From Felis catus (lineage: Eukaryota): DNA of 64,000 nt. The translations under genes and the position numbers were made by a program. The DNA lies in the NCBI RefSeq assembly GCF_018350175.1, contig NC_058368.1, forward strand, positions 197,038,001 through 197,102,000, in the 5' to 3' direction. This document shows, piece after piece, positions 63,236-64,000 of this stretch; within the stretch, counting starts at the first letter, position 1, and every line of letters starts with the position of its first letter. The notes beneath the pieces are model-generated. The model had not been told where the DNA came from and did not search any database. It saw only the letters and a program-made list of their open reading frames with translations.

Positions 63236-64000
63236 AGATGATCTCGCCTCTGGCTGGTCACTTCTCTAATCTTATGTCCTAATGCTCGGGTGTTTGATTT
63301 TCAAGTCCACAATTTCTTATGCCCAGTTCTGAAATCCAGAAATCCCCGAAACCAAAATTTTTCTAAAGTGTTTGGGTACAAACTCAACTGGTGGCAAAAC
63401 CTGACCTGAACTGATATGAGGCTGTTTATAATCTATTTAGTCTACAGGCGGTGAAGATTCATGTGCCTTGTAAAATTTTTAACGTGTTTGCTTACAGGGG
63501 ACCTCCTGAGAATTTGTTGGAGTTTTTCATCATACTCAGTCTGTGTACCGTATTACCCTTCTAAAATCCAAAAAGTTCTGTAGCACACCTGGCCCCAAGA
63601 TAATCAGACTGTGGGCCAGATCATAGAGGGAGCCCTGGACTTGGAATTGGAAGAGGTGGGTTTGCCGCCCAGCTCTTGCAATGATGCCCTGCATAACCTT
63701 GGACAGGTCTCTTCACTTCCTGATCATCGGTTTCCTCGCCTATGCAACAGGGCCTTTCCTGTCCCCAAACCCACTGGAGGCTCAGAAACCAGAAAACTGA
63801 GCTTGTTAGAACGGTGTGTTAAGAACGAGTCAATAGGGACTGAACGAGATTTGAGGACCTTCTCGGAGCAAACTTCCTGCGTTTAACTGCGTGGATGTGC
63901 TGGCATTTCTCTGCCTTTCTAACTAGATGATGTTTTGGCTTTCGGTGAGGTTCCATCGGAAGGCTGCCCGGTGTCTGAATTTTAATTAGCTGAGCTATTG

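Overview
Mammalian genomic DNA from a felid, judged by abundant SINEC_Fc-type Can-SINEs and a felid L1 3' end. It is syntenic with the human AFAP1L1-GRPEL2-PCYOX1L-IL17B interval, which lies next to CARMN/miR-143/145. Three complete spliced genes could be assembled with GT-AG introns and intact frames: IL17B (+, 3 exons, 180 aa), PCYOX1L (-, 6 exons, 494 aa) and GRPEL2 (-, 4 exons, 225 aa). The terminal coding exon of AFAP1L1 (-) is also present. There are two processed pseudogenes (FTL and RPL39), an ERV solo LTR, MaLR LTRs, L1/L2/MER remnants, about 25 Can-SINEs and several microsatellites. I found no convincing novel system. The best leads are a cluster of miR-143/miR-145 seed sites in the GRPEL2 3' UTR, Gly in place of the redox Cys87 of human GRPEL2, nested retroinsertions, and strong CTCF and CArG motifs upstream of IL17B. 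Human comparisons and repeat family names are from memory, not database searches.
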